A stretch of 64,000 bases of DNA from Octopus sinensis (lineage: Eukaryota). A model generated the notes under the pieces. That model saw only the letters and a list, made by a program, of their open reading frames with translations. It did not search any database and was not told where the DNA came from. The stretch's first letter is position 1, and each line of letters begins with the position of its first letter. Positions 34,634-47,944 of the stretch are shown here, in pieces. Position numbers and translations under genes: made by a program. Location of the stretch: assembly GCF_006345805.1 (NCBI RefSeq), contig NC_042998.1, positions 154,318,001-154,382,000 on the forward strand, in the 5' to 3' direction.

Positions 34634-37600
34634 TTCAATGGTCACGTTGGATGACATACTGGGGCTTCCATGGTGTACATGGAGGCTATGGCTATGGTTC
34701 CCGCAATGAGGAGGGAACCAGGCTGCTGGAGTTCTGCGATGCAAATGATCTTATGGTTTGCAACACTAACTTCAGGAAACCAACCAGCCACCTAGTCACC
34801 TACTGATCGGGCCAACATACCAGCCAAATTGACTACACACTTGCCAGGAAAAGGGAAAGCTGGCTGCTTATAAATGCCAAAACCTTCCCAGGCGAAGACT
34901 GTACCCCGCGACATAGACTGGTAGTTAGTGAATTTAGGATCAGGACTAAGAGGACAACCAGAAGACGACCAACATGGAGAAGAAGGATCTGGAAGCTTAA
35001 AGATCCTGCGAATGGACAGAGATTTAGGGACATGTTACTTGAAGCCTTTGACAAAGTAGAAGGGGACAGAGTATCACATGGGATAGAAGGCAACTGGACG
35101 TTTCTAAGGGACAACCTGCTGAGAGCCACTGGCCATATCTGTGGATGGTACAAAGTCCCCTCTCGTCCCAAGGTAACATGGTGGTAGAACAATGTTGTAG
35201 ACAGGGCTATTAGAGAAAAGAGACAGGCTTGGAAGGACTGGAAGAATGCTGGTAGCAAGGAATTGTATCAGACTGCCAAAGGGAAGCTAGGAGACAGGTC
35301 TATCTAGCCAGAGGGGAAGCAGATAAGAAAATATTTGCCAATGTTCTGCGCCGTGAGGACTAAAGACTGGAGGTGTTTCGTGTTGCAAGACAGTGTGTGA
35401 GAGAGAATCGTGATGTGGTAGGAGAGAAATGTGTTCGCATGGAAGATGGTTCACTTGCGCTAAATGAGGATGCAAAGACAGAGGTTTGGAGACGCCACTA
35501 TGAAAGGTTGCTGAATAAAGAAAATGAATGGGATAAAGAGAGTCTGCCGAATGTCGACCCAACAGAGGGACCAGCTATCCGAGTTGACAGTTCCTTGGTA
35601 GTTAAGGCAATTAGAAGCATGAAGACAGGGAAAGCCCCAGGCCCATCAGGAATCACTGCAGAGATGCTCAAAATATCTAGTAGTGTTGGCTATATCCTAG
35701 TCACCCGTATAGTTAATCAGGTGATACACGAAGGAGTCATACCCAATGACTGGTGTAGCAGCATAATAGTCAACTGCTACAAAGGTAAAGGTGACGCCCT
35801 AGATACAAATAATTACAGAGGTATCAAGCTGTTGGATCAGGTAATGAAGGTTACAGAGAGGGTCATAGCCCAACTAATTAGAGAGGGAGTTAGTTTAGAT
35901 GAGATGCAGTTTGGGTTCATGCCAGGGAAAAGTACCACTGATGCTATATTCCTGGTAAGGCAGCTGCAGGAGAAATACCTAGCCAAAGATAAGCCCCTGT
36001 ACCTGGCTTTTGTTGACATGGAGAAAGCCTTCGACAGGGTCCCCCGATCCCTTATCTGGTGGTCAATGAGGAAACTAGGGATAGATGAATGGTTAGTGAG
36101 AGCTGTGCGAGCCATGTACAGGGACGCTGCTAGTAAGGTGAGGGTTGGCAACGAGTACAGTGAAGAATTCCGGGTAGAGGTAGGGGTCCACTAAGGCTCA
36201 GTCCTCAGCCCCCTCCTATTTATCATAGTCCTCCAGGCAATAACGGAGGAATTCAAGACAGGATGCCCATGGGAGCTCATCTATGCTGATGACCTTGCTC
36301 TAATTACTGAGTCACTATCAGAACTGGAGAAGTTTCAGGTGTGGAAGCAAGGATTAGAATCGAACGGCCTTAGAGTCAATCTAGCTAAAACCAAAGTCCT
36401 AATAAGTAGGAAGGTAGACCAATCACAAACGCCTTCAGGTAGATGGCCCTGCTCGATCTGTAGAAAAGGTGTAGGTAGAAACTCTATAAGATGCACCAAG
36501 TGTAAGCTATGGACACATAAGAGGTGCAGCAATGTCAAAGGAAGGCTAACTAGGAAGATAGTTTTCGTATGTGGCAGATGCTCAGGAGCAATAAACACTG
36601 AAAATGCTCTGAGACCAACTTCTGCCACATTCCAGGGAGAAAAACTTGAAATAGTTGATACCTTCCGTTACCTAGGTGACCAAGTCACCTAGGTAGCGGG
36701 GGCGGGTGTGCTGAAAGTGTAACTGCTAGAGTAAGAATAGCTTGGGCAAAGTTCAGAGAGCTCTTACCTCTGCTGATGACAAAAGGCCTCTCGCTCAGAG
36801 TAAAAGGCAGACTGTATGACGCATGTGTACGAACAACCATGCTACATGTCAGTGAAACATGGGCCGTGACTGCTGAGGATATGCGTAAGCTTGCAAGAAA
36901 TGAAGCCAGTATGCTCCGATGGATGTGCAATGTCAGTGTTCAAACTCGACAGAGTGTAAGTACCTTGAGAGAAAAGCTGGACCTAAGAAGCATCAGTTGT
37001 GGTGTGCAAGAGAGACGTTTGCGATGGTATGGTCATGTGGCAAGAATGGATGAAGATAGATGTGTGAAAAAGTGCCACACCCTAGCGGTTGAGGGAACCT
37101 GTGAAAGAGGCAGACCCAGGAAAACCTGGGACGAGGTGGTGAAGCATGACCTTCGAACTTTAGGTCTCACTGAGGAAATGACTAGAGATCGAGACCTTTG
37201 GAAGTATGCTGTGTGTGAGAAGACCCAGCAGGACAAGTGAGATCATAACCCCTGTGGCCTCTACACGGGATGTAGCCAGTCCACTTATGCATACCTTTCC
37301 TTCTTGGGACACAAAAATCTCCTTGTGAAGACCTGTTGAGACAAGTGAGAATCGAAATTGATCAACATCAATGGAAATTGCAGCTGTGATACTAGTGCCG
37401 GTGGCACGTAAGAAAACCATCCGAACGTGGCCATTGCCAGCGCCACCCCGACTGGCCTCGTGTCGGTGGCACGTAAAAAGCACCCACTACACTCGCGAAG
37501 TGGTTGGCATTAGGAAGGGCATCCAGCCGTAGAAACATTGCCAGATCCTACTGGGCCCGGTGCAGCCTTCTGGCTTCCCAGACCCCAGGTGAACCGTCCA

Positions 37601-37650
37601 ACCCATGCTAGCATGGAAAGCGGACGCTAAACAATGATGATGATGATGAT
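34634..37650 (+). mobile_element. Long RTEX LINE copy (APE C-terminus, RT, PHD, 3' UTR, (GAT)n), 5'-truncated, with stops
   Basis: FNGHVG at the start, SQIDY, GKAPGPSG, NYRGIKLL, FVDMEKAFDRV, YADD, C4HC3 finger, LRWYGHV. Confidence 0.93.
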
Positions 37651-37665
37651 TCCTATATATATATG

Positions 37666-37705
<40 letters not shown>

Positions 37706-37751
37706 TATATGTGTGTGTGTATGTATATATCTATCTATATATATATGTATA

Positions 37752-37805
<54 letters not shown>

Positions 37806-37826
37806 TATATAGATAGATATATACAT

Positions 37827-37891
<65 letters not shown>

Positions 37892-38103
37892 TATATAGGA
37901 ATCATCATCATCATCATTGTTTAGCGTCCGCTTTCCATGCTAGCATGGGTTGGACGGTTCAACTGGGGTCAACTTGGGACACAAAACTCTCCTTGTGAAG
38001 ACCTGTTGAGACAAGTGAGAATCGAAATCGATCAACATCAATGGAAATTGCAGCTGTGATACTAGTGCCGGTGGCACGTAAGAAAACCATCCGAACGTGG
38101 CCA
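37581..38103. other. Fold-back (inverted) duplication centred near 37775 plus a direct duplicate of 37305-37434
   Basis: 37581-37775 is mirrored in 37776-37970, including the private variant aaacaatgat, the flank attcctata and the microsatellite pattern; 37973-38103 repeats 37305-37434. Confidence 0.85.
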
Positions 38104-38121
38104 TATATATATATACATATA

Positions 38122-38175
<54 letters not shown>

Positions 38176-38178
<3 letters not shown>

Positions 38179-38560
38179 ATATATATAAAGCTGAGAATGT
38201 GTGTCTGTCTGTCTGTATGTTTCCCTAAAACTTGAGAACCACACAACCAATTTCATTCAAATTTTACACATGCCTTACTTAGGGTCCGGGGAGTGTCATT
38301 TAATTTTTTGCCTAGGGCGAGCCCACAGCAATATCATATCTTCTCCACTACGATTCCCTAAAACTCGAGAACTACACAACCAATTTCATTCAAATTTTAC
38401 ACATACCTTACTTAGGGTCCATGTAGTTTCATGGGCAAAAAAATGTTCAACTTCTTGCCTAGGGTGAGCCCATAGCAATATCATATCTTCTCCACTATTT
38501 CAGTATTACGTGTTAAAAGTGAAACAAAAACGTTTCTCTATTTTATGTCAGATACTTTCA
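38176..38560 (+). mobile_element. Helitron/Helentron-associated (HINE/DINE-like) element fragment
   Basis: tctatatatataaa start followed by (GTCT)n; internal ~140-bp duplication (38233 and 38368); 3' end not identified. Confidence 0.6.
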
Positions 38561-38966
38561 CTTTAACAATAAAAATAATAATAACAATTGAATAATAAGT
38601 AGTAAGTAATAATTAAAATCAAACTAAAGTATAATATAATAGAAACATAACAAAAGTAAAAATAGCAATTGGTATAAAATTGCATCAATGACTTGAACTT
38701 GAATAAGTGGTTTCACATGAATGGGAATAAATTAAAAATAAAATTCGCGTGCAGAAATGGAATAGTCCAGATGGATAATAAAAAATTAAATTAAAGAAAA
38801 GACTATTGTCTATAAAGTATACAATGTAGAGAAAAAAGATTAGAACACATGGAGGAAAGCTATTTTTGCGTCTGTTAGTAAGTTTATATATTTTGCTCTC
38901 ATAGTATTATCTCTGTTTTTCTATATTGTCTGTATACCTGTTTGTTTATTGTTGTTTAACTGAAGA

Positions 38967-41900
38967 AGTCAGCCTTCACGCGAGGACTTCGCGTTGGTGT
39001 TCCCCCCTCCGTGGGGGAAAACTACAATTATTTTGGAATCTCCAAAGGCTTGTTAAAGCCATTTGTTTAAGATGGAATCCCCCATCTCCTATTCGCCCGT
39101 GACGAGCGAGGACGAATACCCGGCGTTGACATCAGGAAAAAAAGAGGCGTTGTCGCCAAGAAAAAAAGAGGCGTTATCGCCGAAGAAAAAGGAGGCGGCG
39201 TCGCCCAAAAAAATAGAAAAATCAATACCAGCATCAACTCCAGCGAAAAAATTCGCTGAAGTAGCTGGGAAAAAAATTAAAACAATAAACGTTGAAAATC
39301 TAGAAAAATTTGCAGACAGTGTAAAGAAAGAGGGCACGGAAGTGACTGTGGTCGCAGATGTACAGAAACATGAAGATATAGAGAGGAAAAGAATTATTTA
39401 CAAAACGTACAACACAGCTACAAGAATGATTCAGAAAATCGAGGAGAAAAAAATAGAGTTATGTTTGAAACCAATAATGGACAAAATAACATATATAAAC
39501 AGAGGTAAAAGATACGGCACAGTGGAGTGCGTTTTACCTCTGAAGAGATAGCGAAAAAACTATCAATGGAGACTTTCAAAGCAGAAAACATCATTCTATT
39601 ACCATTATATAGAGGAAAGCGGACATCAAAAATCACAATGAACAACATTCCCCCAGAGGCAGAGGCAGAATGTCTGGTGGCAGCAGTGATGGTAGGCCTG
39701 GAGGAAAAAATAAACATCCTCCAGGCCACAGTGGAAGAAGAGGAGTTCTGGAAAGGACAAAAGATAGTGATAGCCATTCAGGCGGAGACACAAACACTGG
39801 AAGAAATTCCAGAAACAGTAAAAATTAGCGAAGAGGAAAAAATAACTGTTTTCGTTGAGGGCAGGAGGCCGAGGTGCTTCGGCTGCGGTAAGAAGGGTCA
39901 TGTAAGGGCGGAATGCCAACCCCAACCCAAACTGCAGGAAGCACCGAAGCCAAGAGAAAAAGAAGTGTCACCAGAAGCAACGTCGGACGGCCCAGAAGGG
40001 AAGATCGAAGGTGTGGAGGTGACGGTGACAGCAGAACCAGCGGCGGAGGAGAACAAGAGTGAGGAAAAGATAAATGAGGAGGGGTGGAAAAAAATTACCG
40101 AAAAAAAAAAAAGAAAAACGGATACCATCCCTCCCAGAATAATTTTAAAAAAGAAGAGAGAGACAATGGACTCATATATGGCCGTAAAGGCAGCGAATAG
40201 CAGACTAGGAAACGTGTTGGCTGCTATGGCCAAGGTGGAGAAAGTGGAAAAGAAAAATGACTTTGTGATCTACAGAATAGGCCGGAAGGATTACGGGCGG
40301 ATAAAATCTGAATTCTTCCACGACGTAGGCCCACTTAGATTGGAGGTGACATCTCCACATATATTCGAGGGCCTACGTCAGACTCCCCCACGAGGCCCAG
40401 AAAAAGAGTTGGAAGAACGAGAGAAAACCGAACCACTGATATAAAGGTAAGTAATGGATTGCATTTATGTTGGTTGTTTGAATGTGCGCGGCCTGGGAAC
40501 AGGCTGGAAGCAAGGTCGCTTCCTGCATGATATCAGATCGCGTAATTTAGATGTTATTGTTGCTACAGAAACCCGGTTAGAGGGGCCAAGAGGTCTGCTC
40601 CCGCTCTTTGACGGCTACGAGAGTTTTTTCTCTCCTGGCAGTCCTACTGGCGGAAGTGGGGTGTTGGTCCTAATAAAAAGAAACCGGGTTTCTGAGAAAA
40701 AGTTAATTTTTGCAGATCCAGAAGGTAGGCTGGTCGTCATGGATTTGACGTTCAGTAATGGTAAAGTTATCAGACTGGTTGCAATTTACGCACCCAACCA
40801 TACAGGGCAAAGTGATTATTTTCGTGAACTAGAAAACTTTCTTGGTACTTCGCATTCATTAGTTGTGCTAGGAGACTTTAACACAATTTGCAAAGTGGAT
40901 GTAGATTGTGTTGGCTCGCGTCCAGATAGAAAAGGTAACAGTGGCTTCATGGAACTGCTAAGCCGCTTTGAGCTAGCAGATCCTTATAGGCTGGAATTTC
41001 CGAACGCTCCATTGTGGACATGATCAAACAGCGACGGATCTTCCAGGTCATATTTAGATAGAATACTAATTAGAAAAGTAGACAGTAAAATAGCTAAGTG
41101 TCCACAGTTTTACCCGATCAGCTACAGTGATCATAAAATGGTCACTTGTAAGCTTGACATAGATAAGGTTAAAAATAGAGGATCCGGTTACTGGAAACTT
41201 AATACGTCCCTTTTGGCGATTAAGGAGTACAAAGACCGGATTAGGGATATAATTCAGAGGGCACTATCTGGTACCATCATTAATAACAAATGGTGGTACG
41301 CCCTCAAACAAGCCATCAAGTTTGAGTCTATTAGATATAGCATAGGAGTAGTGGCTAGAGAGGCTAGAAGGGAAACTACTCTAGTTAAGGAATTAGAGGA
41401 AGCCATGAAAACTGGCTCTGCGGCTCAGGTGGCGTCCAAGAGACTGGTGTTAAACCAGCACCTCGAGGCCAAACATATGGGCTGCATTGTCAGGGCTAGA
41501 ATCCGCCATATGGAATGTGAAGGAATCAACACCGTGAGATGGGCCTGAGTGGTGGAAGCACAGCATGGTAACGATGCCATGATTCGATCTTTGACGAACC
41601 AACAAGGTGAGTTGATAAACGAACCCGAGGAGATGTGTGAGGCCTTTCAGGAGCACTTCGCTCAGCTTTTCGGTGAGTGCGGCGGACTGGATAGGAGGAG
41701 GGCCTTTACGGACCTACTCGACGGGCTGCCGCGCTTATCGGGGCGAGATGCGGAGGTCTGTGAAGGGCCAATCACGCCTGAGGAGGTGGTTGAGGCAATG
41801 GCGGACTGCGGCGCGGGCAAGGCGCCGGATTTGGATGGTCTACCCTATGAGTTATATAAGAGTATGCCAGACTTGTTCGGGCACCTACTGGCGGAGGTCT

Positions 41901-42736
41901 ATGTGAACTGGCAGCAGAACGGGCTTATACCCAGATCTGTGCGCCGGGGAGTAGTGACTCTCGTCAGAAAGGACCCGAGCAAGGGGGAGTGCATTGATAA
42001 TTTCAGGCCCATCACTCTGCTAAACACAGAGTTGAAGATTTTGGCCAAAGTGTTATCAAAAAGATTGGCGCATGTCACGGATGGTCTGATCGGAGGGGCA
42101 CAGACATGTGCCGTTCCGGGCAGATCCATTCAGGATAATCTCCATCTAATGCGGTACACTATAGAGGGGTTTAATAGTGATTCTGGCAAGGGTGGGGCAC
42201 TGGTCCATTTAGACCAATCTAAAGCTTTTGATAGGGTTGACCATCGTTACCTGGTATCTGCCCTGGCACAGTTCGGGCTGAGCCTTGGCTTCCTCAGGTG
42301 GATTATCCAAATTTATGATAACATCGACTCGGTAGTTCGGGTGAACGGCTTCGACAAGAAGCCGTTCAAAATCAAACGCTCGGTTCGTCAAGGATGTCCG
42401 CTCTCCCCGCTTTTGTACGTGATGGCTCTAGAGCCATTTCTGCGAAAACTGAGCGGCATCCCGAGACAGCCAGGTAATGGAAAATCAGTGTCAGCGTACG
42501 CGGATGACATCACCATCATCGTAACCGAAATGGACCACCTATGTAAAGTAGGCAAGGCCATAGAGGTTTACGAGACGGTGACAGGAGCAAAAGTCGCGAA
42601 AAGTCAGTCGGCTTGCAACTCAGCACCTGGAGAGGCAAGTCGATGCCTCCTGACAGCGTCGTGGGACGTTGGACGGAGGGTCCGATTAAATTGCTAGGGG
42701 TCTGGTTCGGTCCAGACCTCCAAATAGAGAAGAATT
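38967..42736 (+). mobile_element. Tx1/L1-clade LINE with ORF1 (CCHC knuckle) and ORF2 (APE-RT), 3'-truncated
   Basis: ORF1 39063-40444 (one frameshift near 39530) with CFGCGKKGHVRAEC; ORF2 from 40454 with GCLNVRGL, TETRL, YAP, GDFN, SDH, NFRPITLLN, DQSKAFDRV, QGCPLSP, YADD; TGA stops at 41021 and 41546. Confidence 0.92.
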
Positions 42737-42967
42737 TAATGCTAGTATATATATATAGATAAAACTTACTTTGAAGAGGATGCGTGGCATTTCGGCAGTC
42801 CGTTTCCACGGTTCTGTTTTTATGTTTTTGTTTCTCATTGTGTTCAACGTTTTTTTGGTGTCCTGTACTATATATGCATGTATATATACATATAGATGTA
42901 GTTACGTACATATATGTATGTATATATGCATGTTTTACTTATTATTTTGTTATATATATATATGTGT

Positions 42968-43017
<50 letters not shown>

Positions 43018-43049
43018 ATATATATATATGTGTGTGTATATATATATGT

Positions 43050-46000
43050 AGGAAGACAGCAGTCATCAACACCGAATTGAAAAGGCTGAACATCGACATA
43101 GCGGCGCTGCAAGAGACCAGGCTCGCCGCAGACGGCATGCTACGGGAGAAGGACTACACCTTCTACTGGCAGGGGAGACCCGTTGAGGAGGCCCGCCAGC
43201 ATGGCGTGGGGTTTGCTGTGAGGAACAGCTTGCTCCCCATGGTGATCCCTCCTTCAAATGGCTCAGAGCGCATCCTCACTCTTAACCTTGCAACATCAAT
43301 GGGGAAGGCAAACATAATTAGTGCTTATGCCCCAACACTCCACTCTCCTCAGGAAATAAAAGACCGGTTCTATGAGGAGCTCGACGCCACCATCAGCCAG
43401 ATACCAGGGTCGGAGCCCATCTTCCTTCTGGGCGACTTCAACGCAAGGGTGGGATCCGATCATGGGGCATGGCCAGATTGCCTTGGACGCTTTGGCATGG
43501 GGAAGGTGAATGAGAATGGCCAGAGACTGTTGGAGCTTTGCTCTTACCGGAAACTCTGCATTTCCAACACATTCTTCATGACTAAGCCGCATCACCAGGT
43601 CTCATGGAGGCACCCAAGGTCCGGACACTGGCACCAACTGGACATGGTCATCACCCGGCGAGCCCACCTCGGCAGTGTGCTTCTCACACGCAGCTACCAT
43701 GGTGCTGACTGTGATACAGACCACTCTTTGGTGTGCAGCAGGGTCCGATTGGCCCCAAAGAAAATCAACCGTCCCGTAGGGAAAAGCCGACCACGCATCA
43801 ACACCGCCAGGACAACCAACCCCGACCTCCGCTCGGAATTCACCAACCGCATGGAGGAGGCCCTTAAAGATCACGCAGCCACGTCCATCGAGGAGAGATG
43901 GCAGATTATTCGGGACACCACTTGCAGAATAGCCATGTCATCCCTAGGAAAGAGGGAGCGGAGAAATCAAGACTGGTTTGAAGCTCACCTGCCTGAGATG
44001 GAGCCTGTCATTGCTGCCAAGAGGGAAGCACTGGTCAACTATAAGCGCGACCCATCAGAAAAGAACCTGGCTACTCTGAGAACAGCCAGAAGCGACGCCC
44101 AGAGGACGGCCAGACGTTGCGCCAACATCTACTGGCAGAACTTATGCCAGAACATCCAGTGCTGTGCTGACAGTGGTAACGTGAAAGAGATGTACGAGGG
44201 AATGAAGAAAGCATTCGGGCCCACTGTCAGAAAGGTTGCTCCACTGAAGTCCAGAGATGGCAAGGTCATCAAGGACCAAGCGAAGCAGATGGAGAGGTGG
44301 GTCGAGCATTACCAGAACCTCTACTCCACTGAGAATGTGGTCACCAGGTCTGCCCTCGCCGGCATTCCTGCTCTGCCTGTCATGGAGGAGCTTGACCTGC
44401 CTCCAACAAAGGAAGAACTGAGCAAAGCAATTGACTCACTTGCTCGGGGCAAGGCACCAGGGCAAGACGGCATCCCCACAGAAGTCATCCAGTGCGGGAA
44501 GCCAGCCCTTCTGGGCTATCTCCACGAGCTGCTCTGTCAGTGCTGGGAGGAGGGCTCTGTCCCTAAGGATATGCGTGATGCAAACATCATCACACTGTAT
44601 AAAAACAAAGGGGACAGAAGCGACTGCAATAATTACAGGGGCATATCACTGCTCAGCACTGTCGATAAGGCATTTGCCAGGGTGGTCCTGAAGAGGTTGC
44701 AAATACTTGCAGAGCGTGTGTACCCCGAGTCTCAGTCTGGCTTTAGGGCAGAGAGGTCTACAATTGACATGATCTTCTCACTCAGGCAGCTTCAAGAAAA
44801 GAGTCGAGAACAGAGACAGCCCCTATACGTGGCCTTCATCGACCTGGCTAAGGCGTTCGACTCAGTCAGCAGGGAGGGGCTGTTTGCGCTCCTGGGTAGG
44901 ATAGGTTGCCCTCCCAGACTGCTGAAACTCATCACCTCCTTTCACGACGGTATGCAGGGAACAGTGCAGTTTGACGGATCGCCCTCGGAGTCATTCCCCA
45001 TCCAGAGTGGAGTGAAACAGGGTTGCGTTCTGGCGCCGACGCTCTTCGGAATTTTCTTCTCCCTTGTCCTGTCCTATGCCTTCAGAACGTCCGACGACGG
45101 AGTGTTCCTCCACACCAGGGCTGATGGTGGATTGTTCAATCTTGCGCGCCTCAGAGCTAAGACCAAAGTCCGTCGGGTGCTGATCAGAGAGATCCTCTTT
45201 GCTGACGATGCCGCCCTAACATCACACAACCAACCGGGTCTCCAGAGGCTGGTCAGCTCCCTGGCGGATGCCTGCCAAGAGTTCGGCCTTACCATCAGCC
45301 TGAAAAAGACAGAGATCATGGGCCAGGACGTCGGAGGGGTCCCCAGCATCAGTGTCGGCGACCACAGCTTGCAGGTGGTGAACGAGTTCACTTACCTGGG
45401 ATCGACGGTCTCCAGCAGCCTGTCCCTCGAGCCGGAGCTGAACAGACGGATTGGGAAGGCTGCTGCTGCCATGGCTAAGCTCTCTAGGAGAGTGTGGGAA
45501 AACAACATGCTCACAATAACCACCAAGATTGCAGTGTACCGAGCCTGCGTGCTGAGCACCCTACTCTACGGCAGCGAGAGCTGGACAACATACACCCCGC
45601 AGGAATGCCGCCTCAGCGGCTTCCACATGCGGTGTCTTCGACGGATCCTTGGCATCTCCTGGAAGGACCGAGTACCAAATGGAGTCATCCTGGAGCAGAC
45701 TAATATGCCAAGCATGTATGCCCTCCTCGTGCGGAGACGACTGCGCTGGCTCGGACACGTCTGCCGCATGCAGGACGGTCGCATGCCTAAAGACATCCTG
45801 TACAGCGAACTCACCACGGGATCCCGACCCAAGGGATGTCCACAGCTACGATACAGGGACGTGTGCAAGTGCGACCTGAGGACTGCCAACATCTGTGTGG
45901 ACACGTGGGAGGAAACAGCTGCTGACCGCTCTGCCTGGCGTCGGACGGTGAGGAAAGGCGTTTCCATGGCTGAGGAGAGGAGAGCACAGCTGTGGTTGGA

Positions 46001-46180
46001 CAGGCGGGACAGGAGGAGGACAACTGCAGCAACACCCCACACGTACCCATCGATGTTCGTGTGCAGCAAGGACTGCCACTCTAGAATTGGACTGTTCAGT
46101 CACAGCAGACGCTGCACATCATCAAAGTAGGCCCCACCCTTGGCGCAACCCATTGTCTATCAAGACAGATGGGAATAAAG
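43050..46180 (+). mobile_element. RTE-clade (BovB/Expander-like) LINE with an uninterrupted ORF of 1026 codons (43050-46130), slightly 5'-truncated
   Basis: QETRL, YAPT, GDFNA, DTDH (APE); NYRGISLL, FIDLAKAFD, GVKQG, FADD (RT); CHSRIGLFSH C-terminus; 3' end ccattgtctatcaagacagatgg; flanked by (TA)n; visibly GC-richer than the flanks. Confidence 0.95.
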
Positions 46181-46183
46181 AAA

Positions 46184-46224
<41 letters not shown>

Positions 46225-46225
<1 letters not shown>

Positions 46226-46950
46226 TCTTTTTTCTGTAGTTTTAGCTCAGAGCTGCGGCCATGCTGATGCACCGCCATTTTGCTACACTGTTATTACTGT
46301 GAGCCTCTACATGTTCTTTGTGCAGGTTCCTCAGGCTCTTTGGGAGAATATTAAAAAGCTGTGGGCCTCTGAAACCCAGGCTATGGTCACCCAACAGTAT
46401 AAAACTAACATCGGTCCTTAAAGCAATCCAGTCAATCTTCACAAAGAAGATCGACTCTTTGCAACAGCTCAGCTACTGGGAAAGGTTGAAATAGCTAAGA
46501 CTCTACTCCCTAGAGCAAAGGCAGGAGAGATATGCAGTAATACACATCTGGAAAATCCTGGAAGGAACTGGGAAAAATTTTGGTATTGAAAGCTACACCA
46601 ATGTCAGAAGAGCTTGACACTGGACAGTGCCAAATATCTCAGCAATGCCATCACACTTCAGGACCAGTTACAGCAACAGCGTGGGTTTTAGGGGACCACA
46701 GCTTTTTAATATTCTCCCAAAGAGCCTGAGGAACCTGCACAAAGTAGATGTAGGCATTTTTAAATCACAGCTGAACCTCTTCCTGTTGAGAGTCGCAGAC
46801 GAACCAACCTCACAGAAAAAGGTGCAAATGAGAGTAGATACATCAAACTCCATTCTACACCAAGTGCCACAAATTAGAGGAGGATCTCAGGAATAGCACT
46901 GCAGCAAAACAGTGGTGCTCCAGCATGGCCACAGCCCTGAGCTGAAACAG
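46225..46950. mobile_element. Two short CR1 3' fragments joined head-to-head (minus 46225-46383, plus 46384-46950)
   Basis: Both carry the CR1 tail (gctgaaac/gtttcagc-type) and LGFRGPQLFNILPKSLRNLHK; same family as 5821-7902. Confidence 0.82.
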
Positions 46951-47332
46951 CAAAAAATATATATGTAATATATATAATCAAACATAAGCAACAAGAATAT
47001 CCTCGGTAATTTGGTACGATCGTTTCACGCTACATCATTTTATTAAATATTGCAGGTATTACAACAGTTTTTAAATATTGAACAATCATCAGCCACTTAC
47101 AGAGGTTTTCCATTAATACATATTTTCATATTAATTGATAACATTATAGAGAAGGTAGATATATAGACAAAGATGTCGATTTGAATTTTAAGAATATTAA
47201 GGTAGTAGAGTTTATCTTCTGACTGAAGAATATTCTTAAAGTTGTTTTGAACTGCTAGAAGGTTGGGAAGTATAATCAGTTGAAAGGAGACAAAAGAGAT
47301 TTTCTATTTATAGAAATAGGGGTGAAATAAAT

Positions 47333-47567
47333 GTCAGAAGCTATTTATAAACAAATTAAAGTAGAGAGGGGGTTATAATGCCCTAGAAGCTGTTTACTAC
47401 TATAAAGTTATTGGTATAAACTTTTTGGTATATAGGTGGTCATTGTGACCATCTGACATTGACCTAGTTTTCTTGATACAAAATCTGTTTGCCAAATAGT
47501 AGTAAAACAGCTTCTAGGGTATTATAACCCCCTCTCTACTTTGATTTCTTTATGAATAACTTCTGAC
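47333..47567. repeat. ~72-bp inverted repeat with ~90-bp spacer
   Basis: gtcagaag...gtagagagggggttataat.ccctagaagctgttt.actactat at 47333-47403 is mirrored at 47496-47567. Confidence 0.8.
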
Positions 47568-47873
47568 GTTTTTTTGGTGTCCTGTACCCATATATGCATG
47601 TATATATACATATAGATGTAGGTACATACATATATGTATGTATATATGCATATGTTTTATTTATGGATTTGTTATTATATGACGGAACGCAGGCATTCAT
47701 TTCTAAGTAGGTTTTATCTCAATATATATATGTATATATTATATATATTACATATATATATATTAAATTAGAGATAAAACCACTATCATGCAAGTCATAC
47801 TATAAAATTAGATTTAATCCTAAATCTAATTTTTCCCTGTAAGTTTGGATTTACTCCCTAATATTATTATTAT

Positions 47874-47943
<70 letters not shown>

Positions 47944-47944
<1 letters not shown>

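Noticed and set aside
38960-39020. CTGAAGA hammerhead half-core just before the Tx1 element
   Set aside because: No helix II followed by GAAA and no cleavage triplet; at most a disrupted remnant.
42765-42805. ttgaaga-ggatgc-gtg-gcattt possible degenerate hammerhead
   Set aside because: GAAA is absent and U3 is not compensated at position 8.
42771-43049. First 93 aa of the 1119-aa ORF
   Set aside because: Read-through of flanking repeat and microsatellite; RTE homology starts at RKTAVIN (43050).
47010-47040. Minus-strand GAAACGATCGTA (palindromic helix III-like)
   Set aside because: No CUGANGA/UUGANAA core or helix I upstream.
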